Positions 60,192 to 64,000 of a DNA stretch of 64,000 nt are shown here, in pieces. A program made the position numbers and the translations under genes. The stretch is from Bacteroidales bacterium (lineage in GTDB: Bacteria > Bacteroidota > Bacteroidia > Bacteroidales > UBA7960). The number at the start of each line of letters is the position of its first letter. Positions within the stretch are counted from its first letter, which is position 1. The stretch lies in contig PWJZ01000004.1 of assembly GCA_003559855.1 (NCBI GenBank), positions 30,695 to 94,694 on the forward strand, read 5' to 3'. The notes beneath the pieces were generated by a model, which had not been told where the DNA came from, did no database searches, and saw only the letters and a program-made list of their open reading frames with translations.

Positions 60192-61799
60192 TTGTATAAA
60201 TTAGAAACCAAAATCGATGTAAATTCCGGGGAGTTCAAAAAGAATAAGGAAGCATTTATAAATCAGTTGGACCTTTACAAAGGGATTCTCAGGGATGTAA
60301 AAAAGGGTGGCACTCCTGTTTCAGTTGAAAGGCATAAGAAGCGGGGTAAATTATTAGCGAGGGAGCGTATTGATCTTTTACTTGACCCTAACACGCCTTT
60401 TTTGGAGCTTTCTCCGCTGGCATCCTATGGTATGTATGATAATCAATTTCCTTGTGCCGGTATTATTACGGGCATTGGTGTGATACAGGGCAAAGAAACT
60501 GTTATTGTAGCCAATGATGCTACGGTAAAGGGCGGCACTTATGTAAAAGAATCCATAAAGAAGCATGTCAGGGCTCAGGAAATAGCTATGGAAAACAATT
60601 TACCATGTTTATACCTTGTTGATAGCGGCGGTGTATTTCTGCCTGAGCAGGCAAATGTTTTTCCTGACAAGTATGATTTCGGAAGGTTTTTCTTTAACCA
60701 GGCAAAGTTGTCGGCGATGGGCATTCCACAGCTTTCTATTGTGATGGGTTCATGTACGGCCGGCGGTGCATATGTACCTGCCATGAGCGACGAAACCATA
60801 ATTGTAAAGAAGCAGGGAACCATTTTCATTGGCGGGCCTCCTTTGGTTAAGGCTGCTACAGGCGAAGAGGTGACCGCTGAAGAGCTCGGCGGTGCCGATG
60901 TTCATACTGCTATTTCAGGCGTTTCGGATCATTATGCCGAAAACGATGCCCATGCAATACAAATATGCCGTAATATTTTCGAAACGCTTCGCGTAAGTGA
61001 AAAACAACCTTTGGAACTTTCTCCTGTCGAAGAACCCGAATATGACCCCGAAGAGCTTTACGGTATAGCGCCAACAGATTTAAAAAAGTCTGTTGACTCA
61101 AGGGAAATTATCATGAGAATAGTCGATGGCAGCAGATTTCACGAATTCAAAGAACGCTACGCACCAACCATAGTTACGGGTTTTGCCAATATTATGGGCT
61201 TCCCTGTCGGGATCCTTGCCAATAACGGTGTGCTTTTCTCAGAAACATCCTTAAAAGCTGCTCACTTTATTGAACTTTGCACAATACGCAAAGTACCGTT
61301 ACTTTTCCTTCAAAATATTACAGGTTTTATCGTCGGTAAACAATATGAGCATGGTGCTATTGCAAGCGACGGAGCCAAATTGGTACACGCGGTTGCCAAC
61401 GCCAATGTTCCGAAATTTACAATTATCTTCGGCGGCTCATTCGGTGCCGGCAACTATGCTATGGCAGGCAGGGCTTATGAACCAAGACTGCTTTTTATGT
61501 GGCCAAATGCCAAAATTTCAGTAATGGGAGGAGAACAGGCTGCCGGTGTCCTTGTGCAAATAAAACAAGAACAGCTTGCTGCCAAAGGAAAAGAACTTTC
61601 AGAAGAAGAAGTGGAAAATATGAGAAATAAAATACTCGAAACCTATGAAACCGAAGGTTCAGCATATTTCAGCACCTCGCGTTTATGGGACGACGGAATT
61701 ATAGATCCCTTAGATACCAGAAAAATCATAGCAATAGGTATAGCAATGTCGCTTAATAAAAAATTCCCCGAACAACGGTACGGGGTGTTCAGAATGTAA
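60192..61799 (+). CDS. Methylcrotonoyl-CoA carboxylase beta subunit (carboxyltransferase)
   Basis: The track ORF starts at 60123. The TTG at 60192 gives (M)[17 protein letters not shown] and a typical length of 535 aa. Motifs include [27 protein letters not shown] and [15 protein letters not shown]...FGRFFFNQA. Confidence 0.8.
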   Translation: MYKLETKIDVNSGEFKKNKEAFINQLDLYKGILRDVKKGGTPVSVERHKKRGKLLARERIDLLLDPNTPFLELSPLASYGMYDNQFPCAGIITGIGVIQGKETVIVANDATVKGGTYVKESIKKHVRAQEIAMENNLPCLYLVDSGGVFLPEQANVFPDKYDFGRFFFNQAKLSAMGIPQLSIVMGSCTAGGAYVPAMSDETIIVKKQGTIFIGGPPLVKAATGEEVTAEELGGADVHTAISGVSDHYAENDAHAIQICRNIFETLRVSEKQPLELSPVEEPEYDPEELYGIAPTDLKKSVDSREIIMRIVDGSRFHEFKERYAPTIVTGFANIMGFPVGILANNGVLFSETSLKAAHFIELCTIRKVPLLFLQNITGFIVGKQYEHGAIASDGAKLVHAVANANVPKFTIIFGGSFGAGNYAMAGRAYEPRLLFMWPNAKISVMGGEQAAGVLVQIKQEQLAAKGKELSEEEVENMRNKILETYETEGSAYFSTSRLWDDGIIDPLDTRKIIAIGIAMSLNKKFPEQRYGVFRM

Positions 61800-61800
61800 T

Positions 61801-61849
61801 GGTAACTGGTTATTAGTCATTAGTTATTGGTGAAATGATAAACAGTAAT
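61801..61849. repeat. Seven degenerate heptads (RGTNANT-like) immediately after the MCC-beta stop codon
   Basis: The units are GGTAACT GGTTATT AGTCATT AGTTATT GGTGAAA TGATAAA CAGTAAT. Confidence 0.7.
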
Positions 61850-61927
61850 ACAGGTTTATTACTTTTAAAAATCTTTTTTTTAGCAAATTTTAAAAATAAA
61901 CTGAGTATTATTCGAATATCGAACCAC

Positions 61928-61948
61928 CGATTAACGATTTGCGATTTG
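61928..61948. repeat. Heptad micro-repeat CGATTAA CGATTTG CGATTTG
   Basis: 7-nt periodic tandem copies. They share the GATTAACGATTT core with 63033-63045. Confidence 0.6.
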
Positions 61949-62152
61949 CAAAGTGATAAAACTTCAAAAATCTAAAACCGGTGTTCCTTATTCGTTATTA
62001 AAATAACATTTATATTAATTATAATGGCGTTTTACTGACAAAAAACAATAAAAGGATTATGAAACCCTCATGTTTTAATAACACAAACACAACATTAATA
62101 AAATAAGCAAGATAAGGGTTCGATCATACCAATTAAAACAAATTTTACTAGG

Positions 62153-62941
62153 ATGAAAACATACGATACCATAGAACTCAAAATAGAAGAAAGGGTTGCA
62201 ACTATATGGCTGAACCGCCCGCGAGTGCATAATGCATTTAATAATAAGATGCTGGATGAGCTTGTTGATAGTATTGAATATATCAATAACAGCAAAGACG
62301 TTGTTTGTGCCGTTATTCGCGGCAAGGGCAAATCATTTTGTGCAGGCGTTGATATAAACTGGATGAAAGATGTTGCAAAAAATACCTATGAAGAAAACTA
62401 CAATGAAAGCCTGCGATTATCAAAATGTTTCTATACAATATATCATTGCAAAAAGCCTACAATAGCTCTCATTCATGGCGTTTGCCTGGGCGGTGCCAAC
62501 GGCATTCTCGCAGCCTGCGATATGGCATACTGTGCCAACAATACCGTTTTTTCACTTAGTGAAGTAAAAATAGGCGTTATCCCCGCCTGTATATCACCAT
62601 ACGTCATCAAACGGGTGGGCGAATATGGTGCAAAAGATTTAATGATCACAGGCAACAGAATAAACGGGAAAAAAGCCGAATGGTACAGACTGGTCAATAA
62701 ATCCGTCGAACCCGAAAAACTTGAAGAACATGTAAACTCAATAATAGCCCTGCTTAAAACCAGTGGCCCGAAAGCTATGACACATTGCAAAAACTTGATC
62801 TATAATGTCGCCAATAAGCTGACACTCGAAGAAGCTTATGATTATACCGCAAAAATAATCGCCGATATAAGAGCTTCAGATGAAGGACAAGAAGGAATGG
62901 CGGCTTTCCTGGAAAAACGGAAACCCAAGTGGTGCGAATAA
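62153..62941 (+). CDS. Enoyl-CoA hydratase/isomerase family protein, probably methylglutaconyl-CoA hydratase
   Basis: 262 aa with a crotonase fold (FCAGVDINWM, GVCLGGANGILAACDMAY, SEVKIGVIP). The specific assignment rests on its position between the MCC beta and alpha genes. Confidence 0.65.
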   Translation: MKTYDTIELKIEERVATIWLNRPRVHNAFNNKMLDELVDSIEYINNSKDVVCAVIRGKGKSFCAGVDINWMKDVAKNTYEENYNESLRLSKCFYTIYHCKKPTIALIHGVCLGGANGILAACDMAYCANNTVFSLSEVKIGVIPACISPYVIKRVGEYGAKDLMITGNRINGKKAEWYRLVNKSVEPEKLEEHVNSIIALLKTSGPKAMTHCKNLIYNVANKLTLEEAYDYTAKIIADIRASDEGQEGMAAFLEKRKPKWCE

Positions 62942-62947
62942 AACATT

Positions 62948-63145
62948 TTACAGACAAACACTAATTAGTAGAGGGTAAAGTTTTAATTAAAGCAATGTCG
63001 TTCATTTGAGAAATAATTGATTTAAGAACAAGGATTAACGATTTTAGATTTATGATTTTAAAGCACTTCTAAAATCAAAAATCGCTAATCAATATTCGTT
63101 AATCAAAAAAGTTTGATATTACAGACAAACACTAATTAGTAGAGG
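62948..63145. repeat. 27-bp perfect direct repeat (62948-62974 and 63119-63145) bracketing a 144-bp hairpin-containing insert
   Basis: TTACAGACAAACACTAATTAGTAGAGG occurs twice, 171 bp apart. The intervening DNA contains heptads GATTAAC GATTTTA GATTTAT GATTTTA (63033-63060). Their imperfect complement lies at 63070-63104. Confidence 0.8.
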
Positions 63146-63210
63146 ATGACGGTTGATGAGTAATACATTAATAGGCTATTAAATTTAACAATTTAACATA
63201 AACAGTAATA

Positions 63211-64000
63211 ATGAAACTATTTAACAAAATATTAGTTGCAAACAGGAGCGAAATAGCCATCAGGGTTGCAAAATCGGCGAAGGCGTTAGGAATAAAAACC
63301 GTCATGGTCTATTCCGAAGTGGAAGCAGATGCTATGCATGTCAAATCGGGAGATGAGTCTTATTGTTTGGGCGAAGTGGAATTGAATGACACATACCTTC
63401 ACATAGAAAAGATAATTGATGTAGCCGCCAAGTCAAAATGCGATGCTATTCATCCGGGATATGGTTTTTTGGCAGAAAATCCTTTATTTGTCAAGGCGTG
63501 TGAAGATGCGGGAATAACTTTCATAGGTCCGAATGCCCGGGCGATGCAGATCATGGGCAATAAAATTGAAGCGCGGGATTTTATAAAAAAGATAGGGATA
63601 CCCATCACCGACGGCATCACGGGCGATCCCGTGTTCCTGCTTGAAGCAGGAAAAACAATACCGTTTCCCCTGCTTATCAAAGCGGCTGCCGGGGGAGGCG
63701 GAAAAGGCATGAGAATAGTCCGTAACGAAAAAGAATTGAAAAATGCACTGGAATCCACAAGCCGCGAAGCAAAAGCATATTTTGGCGACAGTACCGTTTA
63801 TATTGAAAAATTTATCGAAGAACCCAGGCATATCGAAATACAAATCTTAGCCGATAATTACGGTAATGTAATACACCTTTTCGAAAGGGAATGTTCTATT
63901 CAGAGAAGATACCAGAAAATCATTGAAGAATCGCCCTCTCCCACCATTACCGATGAGGTGCGTTCGAAAATGGGAGAAGCAGCCGTCAAAATAGGAAAAG
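63211..64000 (+). CDS. Acyl-CoA carboxylase biotin-carboxylase (alpha) subunit, probably methylcrotonoyl-CoA carboxylase alpha; 3' end runs off the window
   Basis: My translation from the ATG at 63211 is MKLFNKILVANRSEIAIRVAKSAKALGIKTVMVYSEVEADAMHV...HPGYGFLAENP...KAAAGGGGKGMRIV...RHIEIQILAD.YGN. These are the biotin carboxylase ATP-grasp signatures. It is absent from the ORF track because it is truncated. Confidence 0.8.
   Translation, partial: MKLFNKILVANRSEIAIRVAKSAKALGIKTVMVYSEVEADAMHVKSGDESYCLGEVELNDTYLHIEKIIDVAAKSKCDAIHPGYGFLAENPLFVKACEDAGITFIGPNARAMQIMGNKIEARDFIKKIGIPITDGITGDPVFLLEAGKTIPFPLLIKAAAGGGGKGMRIVRNEKELKNALESTSREAKAYFGDSTVYIEKFIEEPRHIEIQILADNYGNVIHLFERECSIQRRYQKIIEESPSPTITDEVRSKMGEAAVKIGK

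Noticed and set aside
62948-63145. Possible minimal CRISPR array (two 27-bp repeats)
   Set aside because: There are only two repeat copies, and the single spacer is itself a hairpin of micro-repeats. No cas genes or leader are present. It is interpreted as an insertion or duplication instead.

Overview
AT-rich chromosomal segment that looks like Bacteroidota. Supporting signs are a GldB-type gliding lipoprotein, a CarboxypepD_reg TonB-dependent receptor, the gene order rseC-rnfBCDGEA, several Bacteroidota DUF families, no Shine-Dalgarno sequences and TAnnTTTG-type -7 boxes. The gene content suggests an anaerobic or fermentative lifestyle (Rnf complex, pyruvate:ferredoxin oxidoreductase, butyrate-kinase homologue, B12-dependent IcmF). 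I support about 50 protein-coding genes. I see no rRNA, tRNA, CRISPR array, intact transposase, integrase or recognisable defence island. Gene blocks, in order: parE (partial); a TonB-dependent receptor; nucleotide-sugar genes (ugd, uxs, rfbD); gldB; a CarH/LitR-like MerR regulator plus a sigma-70-family factor; lysC. Next come the Rnf operon (minus strand), small DUF genes, a SMUG-like glycosylase, csp, a speD-speE fusion and mscS. Then exbB-exbD-tonB-folC, a P-type ATPase, a tricorn-like S41 protease, nifJ/PFOR, a putative porin, an erythromycin-esterase-family protein, an orphan sigma-54 activator and a dGTPase-like HD protein. The window ends with a split membrane Fe-S/CCG oxidoreductase and a branched-chain acyl-CoA cluster (buk-like, IcmF, MCC beta, enoyl-CoA hydratase, MCC alpha partial). 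The window is mostly housekeeping, and I did not find a convincing novel multi-gene protein system. The most unusual signals are non-coding. (1) A bipartite conserved 5' leader element with a covarying hairpin and tandem mini-ORFs lies upstream of an unknown membrane protein and of the speD-speE fusion. (2) A 28-bp hairpin upstream of the dGTPase-like gene has six G.U pairs that only work on the plus-strand transcript. (3) A family of 7-8 nt periodic micro-repeats sits in intergenic regions of the 48-63 kb half. (4) A 27-bp perfect direct repeat brackets a hairpin element between two liu-type genes. (5) An inverted-repeat-flanked cassette carries a decayed GxxExxY gene. (6) A 630-codon reading frame is interrupted by a single in-frame TAG. 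All functional calls come from reading the translated ORFs and recalling family motifs; no database search was possible.
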